Positions 50,375 through 64,000 of a stretch of DNA of 64,000 bases are shown piece after piece (the first letter of the stretch is position 1; every line of letters starts with the position of its first letter). The DNA is from Octopus sinensis (taxonomy: Eukaryota): NCBI RefSeq assembly GCF_006345805.1, contig NC_042997.1:159836001-159900000 (forward strand), given 5' to 3'. A model generated the notes under the pieces. That model did no database searches and was not told where the DNA came from. It worked only from the letters and a program-made list of their open reading frames with translations. The translations under genes were made by a program, and so were the position numbers.

Positions 50375-53300
50375 CATTAACCCACACGAGATACAGAAAA
50401 TGCCGACAAAAACAGACACAATCACCTCCATAAACGAAGAAATACTGAAAGAACTCAAGAAAATTAACACAAATTTGTCAACTTTTTTGAACAATTCGAC
50501 TCGACACTTCAACCCAATCGAGAGAACAATGAAGAAACATATACGAAAAATACAACCTCCGAAATTGTCGAAAACCTTGGAAACTTATGCGAAACAATTA
50601 GAACATTTTTCTCTAACAACGCTAACCAAGGACCTCCAAACGAGTCAATATATGGGATCAATACTCTAACAACATACCAAATGAAACACCACATAATACC
50701 ACAATGGAACAAATCACTCAGAGATAGAAAGTTCGCCTTTTGGAAGATGATCCAAAACAACAACAAAGCGGATATATACGAAAAATGGCTCAACCCGACC
50801 CCGTTAATCCTCCCACGTAAATTCCAGTTCAAAGCTATTACAGAAGAACCTGAAACACAAAGACACCTCAGGGAGAGAATGGCACTGGAAAAAATGAAAA
50901 TGGAATAGAAACTTCTGAAATTGAGAGCCCAAACGAATGAGGATAAAATAAAATCCACCGATGAAGATATCAACGAAGAAATTCGCAAAATGACCCAAGG
51001 CCCATCAAGAGAAGTTCTCAAAACTATGGAAAGAGGACTGTGAAAAAGAAGACTAAAATCTCTCCAACGCTGGGAGAAAAGCGCCACTTGGTTCTCAGAC
51101 TATGAAGCCGTCTTCAAACAGAGCAGCACGCCTCCAACAACCCTTTCCAGAAAATAAGAAAACCAAAACAACACCCAAACACCGATACACACCTCTCTAA
51201 AAATCGGAACCTTCACTACTATCAAAAAAAATAATACAGGACCTAACCCTAACTCTGTAAGCAGCCAGCGATACAATATCAGGAATACCCCCACTTCAAG
51301 CAGAGAAAGGATAAATCAACACCCACAGCATAGACACTGCAACCTCATCCCCACCCAAGGAGTTACCAACGAAATCTTCGTCCCATTAACCGGTTAAACA
51401 ACCATGCACAACAAACCCACACCACTTGCAATGATTACCAAGGAAGGCCTCCTAGAACACCACACCCGAATATGGGATATCGGGATGCTCTCCTCAATAC
51501 TGCTCCAAGAACACACACCATAAATCACAACAGGAGACCCCTAATCAACAAAGAACAACTATATACTAGCTACCGTCCCAACCACCGCATTCATTTTTTA
51601 GACCCAATACGCAAACACAGAGACACAAGATAGCACCAAACAAGCAGGAGGAACCAAAAGTAATAAAAATTATTAATCTAACTCACAAGGAACTAACAGC
51701 AAACCAAATAAACATACTTTCCAAAGGACTCAAGTTTACCCACACCCCACAACACCCCAACTACAATGAAATGAAAGAAGACATCGCAGAATTCTGCAGA
51801 AAATTAAGACTTACTGAGGAGCTATACGATAAATACAACGAGGACGAATCGTTAGCCAGAAATAGGAGTAACTACACCCCCCCTCGAAAGTAAGAATAAA
51901 ACACTTGATGATTTCTGTGACCACATATCAAATTACCCATATCAACATATGCACAAACAAAAACACAAACCAAACTTCAGCAAAAAGAATGGGCTGAGTT
52001 GAACAAATTAAAACTAGATAAAACAATAACAATCAAAGAGGCCGATAAAGGGAGTGCTGTTGTCTTAATGGATACGACATTTTACATAACTTTGGTACTT
52101 TCTATGCTGGAAGACACAACATACTATGAAAAGGCACAAAACTACAGTCAACAAAAAATAATGAGGGAACTAAAATCCATATTAAACCCATACAAAGCAG
52201 GGCTAACCGACAAAGAATATGATTATATGACCAATTTCACAAGTAAAACTAGCCAATTCTACGGTATACCTAAGATCCACAAAAGTGAAAAAATAAGCAA
52301 CGCATGCAAGATAGCTACAGACAAAATAATTAAAGTCCCTAATCCTAATGACCTCAAATTGAGACCCATAATAGCAGGTCCCGCATGCGAAACCCACCGC
52401 CTCAGTAACTTTTTAGACACCCTGTTAAAACCACTCCTCAAACATGTCAAAAGCTATATAAGGGACGACTTAGATATGCTCAATCACCTACCGAATACTA
52501 TAAACAAAAACACCATACTGGTATCCTTCGATGTAGTCAACCTCTACTCCAATATCCCCCACAACCTAGGACTAGAGGCAATCCAATTCTGGCTAGAGAA
52601 TCACGCCAACGAACTACCACACCGCATCAAAAAAGAATTTGTGATAGAAGGGGTTAAATTCATCCTGGAAAATAACTTCTTCGCCTTCAATGACAACTTC
52701 TACCGACAAAAATCGGGGACTGCGATGGGTACACGAATGGCCCCCTCCTTTGCCAACCTAGTCAGGATACCTAGAGATCAGTCTGTATCGTAAGGTTCTA
52801 GAAAGATATGGCAGCCCTTTCTCCATCTACATAGAAAACAACTGGAAGAGATATCTAGATGACTGTTTCATCCTTTGGCATAAAAATATAGAAAAACTCA
52901 TAGAATTCCAGAAAATTTTAAACGGACTGGACGTAAACATCCAATTCACGATGGAATATAGCCAACAACAACTCCCCTTCCTCGATATCCTCATTAAGAA
53001 AGCTAATAATATAATAGAAACAGACATATACTATAAGCCTACAGACTCTAAGCAATATCTTCCATTCAATTCATGCCACCCCAGACACACCAGGATGAAT
53101 ATCCCCTTCAATCTAGCAAAAAGGATATGCACTATAGTCTCTAACGCAAACACCAAACACAGACACGACTACAAGAACTAAAAGATACCCTAATCACCAG
53201 GAACTATCCACCTTCACTTATTGACAAATGCATTCAACGTGCCCTTCAACTTAACATCAAGGAACTGAGACATCCCAAATCAAAGAAAAACTTACAACCA

Positions 53301-54743
53301 AAAGCCTTACCATACATCTCCACACACAACCCTCTCAATAACGAAGCCTTCGACACCATCATCCACAACATACCCCTCCTAAAAAAACCACAGAATGAAC
53401 ACAATCCTCCAAACACACACGATCATAAAAAGCAAAAGACAGCCTAGATCCATGAAAAGTCTCCTTACACAAGCCCGAATTCACTCTTCAACACAGAAGC
53501 CGACAGTAAAAAAATGTGGAAGACCCAATTGCGGGATATGCGACTATCTAATCGAGGGTTCTGAGTTCTCCTTCAAACAGGGACAACGTTTTACAGTGAA
53601 AAGCAACTTCACATGTGCTTCGGAGAACCTAATATACTCACTAACCTGCTCCGGGTGTCAAGAGCAGTACATAGGCCAAACAAAAAATGGTTTGCGTAAA
53701 CGAATGGCCCTGCACAGATCCCAGATAAAATTTCCCAAAACAGAAAAATAGCTTTTAGCCAACACATAGATACTTGCGCCAACAAAAAAACACCAAACTT
53801 CAGAATTTTCCCCCTCTACCAATTTAGGGACGATACAACCTCGAGACAACGAATAAGTAAAGAAAATCTCTTTATTACAAAATACAAGCCACTTCTTAAC
53901 GGGTCTACGACAAACAATTAATATACCTCAACTTTAGAATAAAAGAAAAAAATATATATACACACACAAATACTACACTCAATAGAATCCATTACTAATC
54001 AGCCCCTTCATAGCTATATTTACATTCATATTCTCCCTTCTCTGTTTTTTCTTCTTCTTCTTCTTCCTCTTCTTCTTCATCATCATCGTTTCATCATCAT
54101 CGGCATCATCATCACATCGCCACCATCATCACCACCATCTTCTCCTTCTCTCCTTCTTCTTCTTCTTCTTCTTCTTCATCATCATCGTTATCATCATCAT
54201 CGTCGTCATAATCATCACCACCATCCATCATCGTCATCTTCTCTTCTCCTTCTCCTTCTCCTTCTTCTTCTTCTTCTTCTTCTTCTTCTTCTCCACCCAC
54301 CTACCCCTTAAGTTTGTCACTAATGTTTTTTAGTATAACACCTACGCTAATTCTATAAAGAAGCCTGTCAATATAAATATTCTCCTGATTGAACTGAGAC
54401 TGCCAGCCGCCACTGACCATTCAAAATACGACCATCAGGGCACTCCCAGATTCTCCCACCCCCCTTTCCTCACCACCAGCCTTCTCTCTACTACCCTACC
54501 AAGACTCACAACTACCTCGACACACAAGTGCAAACAAGGGAGTCAGAGAAAGGCAGAATGCCACTTAATCTGAACACTACTATAGAAATATTCTTTTAAA
54601 AAAACTTTTTTCTAATTTTTCTAAATTTAATTATTTAATCGTTACAGTTGAAAAGGTCTCAAAATGACCGAAACCGGTACTGAAATGTTCACTATAAAAT
54701 TATTTTAGCATTTTCTATTTTTTACTTGTTTTTTCATATATAT
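50375..54743 (+). mobile_element. Neptune-like PLE copy C: full-length frameshifted ORF (ATG 50400 to TAA 53921) plus pLTR
   Basis: Long N-terminal region MPTKTDT.., ADKG/FYGIPKIHK/RPII RT motifs, GIY-YIG. Directly follows the pLTR of copy B. Confidence 0.92.
54645..54682 (+). ncRNA. Minimal type I hammerhead, U3-A8 variant (copy C pLTR)
   Basis: Same motif as 50242-50279. Confidence 0.8.
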
Positions 54744-54910
54744 AATATATATTATAATATACCAAGCAATTAAGGGTTTAGCAACGATTGCCTTACTCAT
54801 ACCGAATTTAGAAATAGCAGTCAAAGAGATATAGCTATTTCTTCTATTAAAAGGGAGATCTCAGTAAAAACCAGCACATATATATATATATTATATATAT
54901 ATATATATAT

Positions 54911-54954
<44 letters not shown>

Positions 54955-54970
54955 GTGTGTATATGTATAT

Positions 54971-55319
54971 ACTCTTACCCTTTTACTTATTTCAGTCATT
55001 TGACTGTGGCCATTCTAGAGCACCGCCTTTAGTCGAGCAAATCGACCCCAGGACTTATTCTTTGTAAGTTACGGGGACGTAAACACACCCTGATCGGTTG
55101 TCAAACGATGTTGGGGGTGGGGGGGCAAACACACCACCACCAAGCATATACACATATATACATATATATATATACACATATATACGACGGGCTTCTTTCA
55201 GATTCCGTCTACCAAATTCACTCAGAAGTCTTTGGTCGCCAAGGTGCCACGCAGTGGGAATGAACCCGGAATCATATGGTTAGTAAGCAAGCTACTTACC
55301 ACACAGCCATTCCTGCGCC
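54971..55319 (-). mobile_element. tRNA-derived SINE (internally deleted)
   Basis: Head GGCGCAGGAATGGCTGTGTGG..GGTTCATTCCC. Tail hairpin CAGTCA aa TGACTG. Confidence 0.85.
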
Positions 55320-55558
55320 AGAATGGTTAATAAGATATATATATATATATAATTTAAGTGCGTATAAATAAGTATGCTTTTATATGTTATTGTGTTTAAA
55401 GACCGAAAGATATTCCATCTGTTGCAACCGCTCTATACAGCAGGTACAAACTTGTGGGTATGTATACACGCCTACGCAGGCATACAGACGTATGCACTCG
55501 TACATGAACGCACATACACACGGCCGCACACACATAGACACACACACACACACACACA

Positions 55559-55590
<32 letters not shown>

Positions 55591-55603
55591 CACACACACA
55601 CAT

Positions 55604-55648
<45 letters not shown>

Positions 55649-55651
<3 letters not shown>

Positions 55652-55883
55652 ATGAAAGAATGGAGTTGAACGACGAATTAACAAAATTCCTTTATTTTCG
55701 ACATATGTTTCGACGGCTGCATATTCCTAATTTCGAAGGAATAAAGAGTGCATTATGTCGCCTTCTCATCAGGAAAAACAGGAACTTATGACAGCATCAA
55801 GATGCACAAAAACTTTTGGATGACTGCCCACACGGAGCCCATAGCTCCGTGTGGGCAGTCGTTCAACTCCATTCTTTCATTTA
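55649..55883 (-). mobile_element. 235-bp IR-bounded hammerhead cassette
   Basis: 26-bp perfect IR 55649-55674 / 55858-55883. 17-bp perfect hairpin 55822-55860. Hammerhead inside. Abuts (TA)n. Confidence 0.75.
55695..55777 (-). ncRNA. Type I hammerhead with extended stem II and GUC cleavage site
   Basis: TTTTC|CTGATGA|GAAGGC..TGCA..TATTCCT tcgaaatt AGGAATA TGCA GCCGTC|GAAA CATATG TC|GAAAA, then AATAAA. Confidence 0.8.
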
Positions 55884-56063
55884 TTTGTATTAAAGAAACA
55901 CACAAATTTCCACACGATAACACGTGATCTCCGCCCAAGGCATGTAGCTTCAACCGTGTTTTTCTGACGTGAATTTGCTACCCAGGTATCGATTAACCAA
56001 ATTATCCATAATAAGATAATTCATTCAACTACTCAATTAAAACTCGCCAAGAAAAATTTGAAA

Positions 56064-56126
56064 CCACCTGATGAATGACTGCGACTCAAAAATTTGATGA
56101 CAGTAGCCAGGAAACGATCGTAGTGG
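56064..56126 (+). ncRNA. Type I hammerhead, stem II partly eroded
   Basis: CCAC|CTGATGA|..36 nt..|GAAA CGATCG TA|GTGG. Palindromic stem III. Confidence 0.65.
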
Positions 56127-56264
56127 ATATTAATTATATTTTTTAATAATTGTTACATATTTAAATAATATAAATTAATTTATGTATTGGCTTAAGTCTT
56201 TCATTGTTTGATTTGCCTAATAGTGGTTTTGTCTCTAATTTAATATAATATATATATATACATA

Positions 56265-56337
<73 letters not shown>

Positions 56338-56351
56338 TATATACATATATT

Positions 56352-56386
<35 letters not shown>

Positions 56387-56609
56387 TTTATATATATTGC
56401 AGAGCGTTTAGTAGTAGTTAATTAGAGTGTCACGCCTTTCGATTTGTTTGTGGAAACATTTTCACTTCAATTATAAAAAACAGAAAGCGAGAAATACAAA
56501 CGAGAAGATTATTCAATACGAAATAAAAGAGACAAGAAATCTATTTTGTGCGAGAAGTAATAATCATTCCCTTACTCGTAAACCGTGTGAAGTGCTAATT
56601 ACTTCCCAG

Positions 56610-56942
56610 TGAGTCACGATATTCGAAGAGGAAATCTTCACGTAATTACATTCTCAGTGCTATTTGTATGCGTGGACAGTAATGTAGCCTGCAGAGAATA
56701 TTATGGAATTCATGTTCCACCACCTGTAACTGCCATTCCAGAAGCTGACAAGTTGATTAAGATGTCAAACAGCCAATCACAAACTGAGTGCTTGTCTCTT
56801 TGTGCGACATATTCCGAATGTGGTATGATTATTTACAGCGTTTCCGAGAAAGTATGTATCCTGCGTAAAATCAAGCAACTACCTGGTGCCTCATCATTCA
56901 TTGATATTCCTGCAAACAGTATTTACATCCTGTTACAAGCCC
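56610..56942 (+). CDS. Signal-peptide-like segment plus PAN/apple-like domain exon (phase 1-1)
   Basis: Acceptor ctaattacttcccag| and donor |gtgagt. Hydrophobic LHVITFSVLFVCV and ECLSLCATYSECGMIIYSVSEKVCIL Cys spacing. An alternative acceptor at 56657 is possible. Confidence 0.7.
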
Positions 56943-57619
56943 GTGAGTAATCCAGATCTTACTACTGTGTGTGTTGTGCGTAATACTAATTTTCTTTCAA
57001 CCCTTGATAAACACACTTGTAGGAAAAGCGTCTTACATGTGTGTCTTTTTCTTATTGAAGATGTTATCGGACTGCTGCCATTTTTTATCGGTCAAGCAAC
57101 GACGTAAAGGTTCATTTTGGATCACATTACGCATGTCCTGAAATAATTATTCTTATAATCATTTAATAGGTAGTCATGTCATCTTATCTTAAATCTGTAA
57201 TGTATATCTGCCTAACCTCGTCATTTTTCCTAAGACAGCAGGATGCTTGATTGAAAGCGATTTAGTTGTTATTTCTAAGACGTCTACCAACCACATAAGG
57301 GCTACCTTTCGGTTTGTATTGTGCGGAACACTGGTTTAAATCAATGTCTCTCCCAGTATGTCTATTTGGAAAAATGCTAGGTCTCCCCGAAGTAACTTGT
57401 TTTTAAACAAAATTTAATAAATGGAAGAATAATCTACGGATGGAACGCAATTCATATTTATTCCTAATATCATATTATTACATAACGTTTATATGACCAA
57501 CTTCTCTCTCTCTCTCTAAAATAATACGTGCTTCTTATTAAATTAGAGTGGCAACAAGGTTTAAATGCCAAAATGCTTGGAAAAGTCGTTCGAAGGTAAC
57601 CGCTTTGAAATACTATATT

Positions 57620-58990
57620 TTCAATTTCAATGAGCAAACCTTTATATTTTCTGAGCTTTGCGTATTCTTTTTCCGAGATATTATCACAGGGAATACTCAT
57701 GTCGATCAATAAACAGACATAATTGTTTTTTTCTTCTATAATATCCGCTTTATTAGGTACGATGGTTCGGTCTGTATATAATGGAAAGTCCCCAAGTATC
57801 GTTACATTTTTTTTTTTTACCTTAGTAACAACTTCAGGGTGGGGATTATACCACTTGTCAGCAGTTTTAATTTTATTATGCCGACATATCAACCAATGTA
57901 GATATTGACCAATTCTGTTATGTCCTGATTTATACTCTACTGGTGCTGAGACTACATCCAGAGCTTAGCTAGTCAACTGTTTCAATCACATCCTTGCAGA
58001 ATCAGCATTTTGAATCTACTCCATTTTACATCGCATTGGGTCTGTAGTACCGGGCCAATATGCTTTGATCTTGAGTAGCTAAGAGGAAGCCTTGCTCTCT
58101 ACTTTTAGCCCTGAGCTTCGTAGCCACTAATGGGTAGCTTCTGGTCAACAGCTGCTTCTTTGCTATGTGTCACATATTTGTCATGGTGTGGTTTCTGCTC
58201 CCACATATAAGCCGACTACTCATGCTTTTTGTTTTTCAACTAATCTCACATTTTTTGTAACAACCTGGGCATCATGTATGTGATCAATAGCAAATTCTTG
58301 CACAAAATTAGAGGTGAGAGTGAGTTACCATTGAAAATAACACAGTTGACGTTCATATTATCTACAGATAGTACTCCATTAGAGTGATATAATTAAAGAT
58401 TCGTATTCCTCAATGACATATGCTCAAGAAATTTGAAATTACATGGGTACTTTTTTCCTAATTCTCATCTTTCACTCTTTCGAGACTTTCTCATTTGTCC
58501 TTCCATCACCCTATCGTCTTACTGTATTCTTAGTTATTTATGTCTCTCATTATTCCACAGTGATGTAATGAACTTTTCTGGTAGCAATTAGCACCGAGCA
58601 TTTATCTATAGCAAACTGCATTCCATTATATTTACTGTGTTTGGGTAAAAGTAATCCAGATCTTACTAATTTTCTGTATATAGCTAGAGATCATCCATTT
58701 AAAGTGGTTTATTTTCATCTTAGTTTTCGTGAGCGGGACTGGATTTTCTCAGTATACTTTCAGTGGAATTTACATAATGAGGAAGAGTAAAGGAGAGAAT
58801 GAGTCTCCATGGAAAATGACCCTGCGTATTTTCACGTTTCTTTGCGATTCATTTGTATATGTCAGTTCTACCTCCCATACTCGCATTGCTTTTTCCAAAA
58901 AGTTGTTTATTCAAGTGACCTATGACATTCCAAGAGCCAGCTGTGAGGGATAATATTCTAAGCCTACCTGTAATGTATCTATGCAACATC
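57620..58990 (-). mobile_element. Degraded R4/Dong-like LINE
   Basis: KWYNPHPEVV..ILGDFPLYTDRTI..LIDMSIPCDN..KLRKYK. RT MDDL remnant near 58700. Confidence 0.7.
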
Positions 58991-59070
58991 TAAATCCCTA
59001 TTCTCACTCATATTTTATTTAATATTCTACCAATACAATATATCTATCTACCTATCTATCGATATACATT

Positions 59071-60060
59071 CACTGCTTTCTTCCAAGGAATCTAGTGATC
59101 TTTGCTTAGTTTTTCCTTGGGGCTGGATAGATTGGAGTAAACTCGAGTATAACCAGCCGAAATTGCAAAGATAATCTGGAACTCGACTGAGGAAAGAAAA
59201 CTCCCGCTTTTTATCCTCTTGCCCTGTTTTATCATCTGTCGGGATGTGTGCGTGCCTGCTTCATCTTTTGTATTCCTTTTTACATACATATGGCAGCGTA
59301 CGTACACTTTGGTCTCTTATATGTAAGTATGCACACACACACTCACTATATATATATATATATTACGACTCTCTTATTCTTTCATTCGTTCCTTCTTTTT
59401 ATCAGCCCCTTCTCAATTACTTTGTTCTTTCCACGTCTTCTTTCTTTCGTTCCCCTTCTCTCACATTTCCTGGCTTTCTCTTCATCCTCACATTCCCTCC
59501 TCTTTCAATTCGCTCTGTCGCTTTCCGTTTTTTTGTCGTCCTTCCCTAATTCTTCTATCCCTCTACCTCTACCTCTCCCCTTTCTCTCCACGTTACCGGT
59601 GTTTGGCTAAGCCTGATCTTTCTTTCTTGGTTCGACTACCATCCGTGCAACATCTATATTACTCCTCATTTTTGTCGTCTCTTACATCCTTGCCGTAAAG
59701 CTTCACTTCCACACACGCCAGCTTAATTTAATTCCTCCTTAGTCGAAAGACACCTGTTGTTAATGACCTGTTATTTGCATTTGTATTTGTGTACCATTTC
59801 TCCCTTCTTTTCCGTCCTTGTTTTCGTATACATTCGCTGCTTTCTTCCAAGAAATCTAGTGCTCTTAGCTTAGTTTTTCCTTGGAGCTGGCCAGATTGGA
59901 GCAATCTCGAGTATATCCAGCCGAAATTGCAAAGATAATTTGGAACTCGACTAAGGAAAGAAAACTCCGAGCAACCCGTTTTTTCTTGTCCGTTTTTTGT
60001 ATCATCTATCTGGATGTTTTGTTGTCCCTTTTTGTATCATCTAGCTCTCTGTATGTGTTG
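59071..60060. repeat. Dispersed repeat with direct terminal repeats (~59071-59210 and ~59835-59975)
   Basis: Same family as 34257-34995 and 32150-32365. Confidence 0.7.
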
Positions 60061-60149
60061 CTTTCTGGTCCCATCTTTGTATTCCTTAGATCAACAGTTA
60101 AACTTGATTTCTTTCTACATTCTCTTTGCTCCTTTGACAATAGATCCAC

Positions 60150-60800
60150 CTTTAATTATATGCTTCATCTGGTGTGAGGCCGCTTAATGTTTCTTTCCTG
60201 AATAGTGGTAAGCAAATAATAGGTCAATAATTGCTGACTTCCCCTCTCTTTTCGTAGTCATTCTAGATCAGTACTCTCCTTCATTTTGTCATCCATGCTG
60301 GTGTTCCATTTTTTCATGCAATGAGTAAAAAATGGTCGTATATAGGTGTGTATACTTGGAAAGTATTGAGCCAGAAACAACGGACACCATATGTCCCAGG
60401 GTATTTCCAGTTTGGAATTTTCTTCAACATGCTCTTTAGTTTCTTATCCGTGATATTTATATTTGCTTGTGTCCTTATATCTTCCATTTCTCCTTAAAAT
60501 CCCTTAATAGAATTTTCTTGCTGTTTCAGCATCTGACATATTGTTTCCCTAATTCATTTAACTTTGTTCAGTTGTTTTATAGAATTTTTCTTCCATTGTT
60601 CTTGAAGAGCCTATTCTTCTGTCACTGATGTGTTCTCTGTTGGCATCTATAATTTTTTCTCCTTCTCTGATTTGGTTTCTTTGTTCTCGTTCTCTAACTG
60701 TTTACTGTCCCTTATGACTTTTGCTGATTCTCTGCCGTCCTTTCCTGAGCCTTTCTTTCAACCTCTCCTTTTTATCATTGTATTTATCCATCCTAAAACT
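60150..60800 (-). mobile_element. Degraded R4/Dong-like RT N-terminal fragment
   Basis: KIPNWKYPGTYGVRCFWL..PAWMTK segments. Confidence 0.55.
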
Positions 60801-60869
60801 CTTTTGAGCTGCACAATTTGATTCTCAAGCCTTCTTCTTCTCCTTCTCCTCCTCCTCCTCTTCCTCCTT

Positions 60870-63860
<2,991 letters not shown>

Positions 63861-63861
63861 A

Positions 63862-63894
<33 letters not shown>

Positions 63895-63963
63895 TTGATG
63901 ATGACGATGACGATGACGATGATGATGATGATGGTGATGATGGTGATGATGGTGATGATGGTG

Positions 63964-63995
<32 letters not shown>

Positions 63996-64000
63996 GATGA
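63861..64000. repeat. (GAT)n/(GGT) microsatellite
   Basis: Seen directly; runs to the window end. Confidence 0.95.

Overview
AT-rich, repeat-dense animal genomic DNA with (TA)n, (CA)n, (GATA)n, (AAT)n and (GAT)n microsatellites and one 100-N gap. The tRNA-derived SINE and overall repeat landscape resemble octopus genomes as I recall them; this is not database-confirmed. Host coding sequence is sparse. Two spliced + strand exons (18815-18994, 20561-20793) form a complete C-type lectin domain with a non-canonical NPS/WND motif. One PAN/apple-like exon (56610-56942) has a compatible splice phase, suggesting tandem PAN-CTLD genes. The rest is mostly retroelements: many Penelope-like elements (PLEs; RT plus C-terminal GIY-YIG), R4/Dong-like RLE LINEs piled into trinucleotide microsatellites, Tx1/L1-like and CR1-group LINEs, and SINEs. 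There are also relics of mariner, Helitron and another DDE transposon. The most notable signal is about a dozen hammerhead-ribozyme motifs (intact to degenerate) in PLE pseudo-LTRs. They include a U3-A8 core variant in a young 11-kb inverted-plus-tandem PLE array. They also include recurrent short inverted-repeat-bounded hammerhead cassettes inserted beside microsatellites. All ribozyme calls are manual secondary-structure readings and are untested. No CRISPR, rRNA or bona fide tRNA gene was seen.
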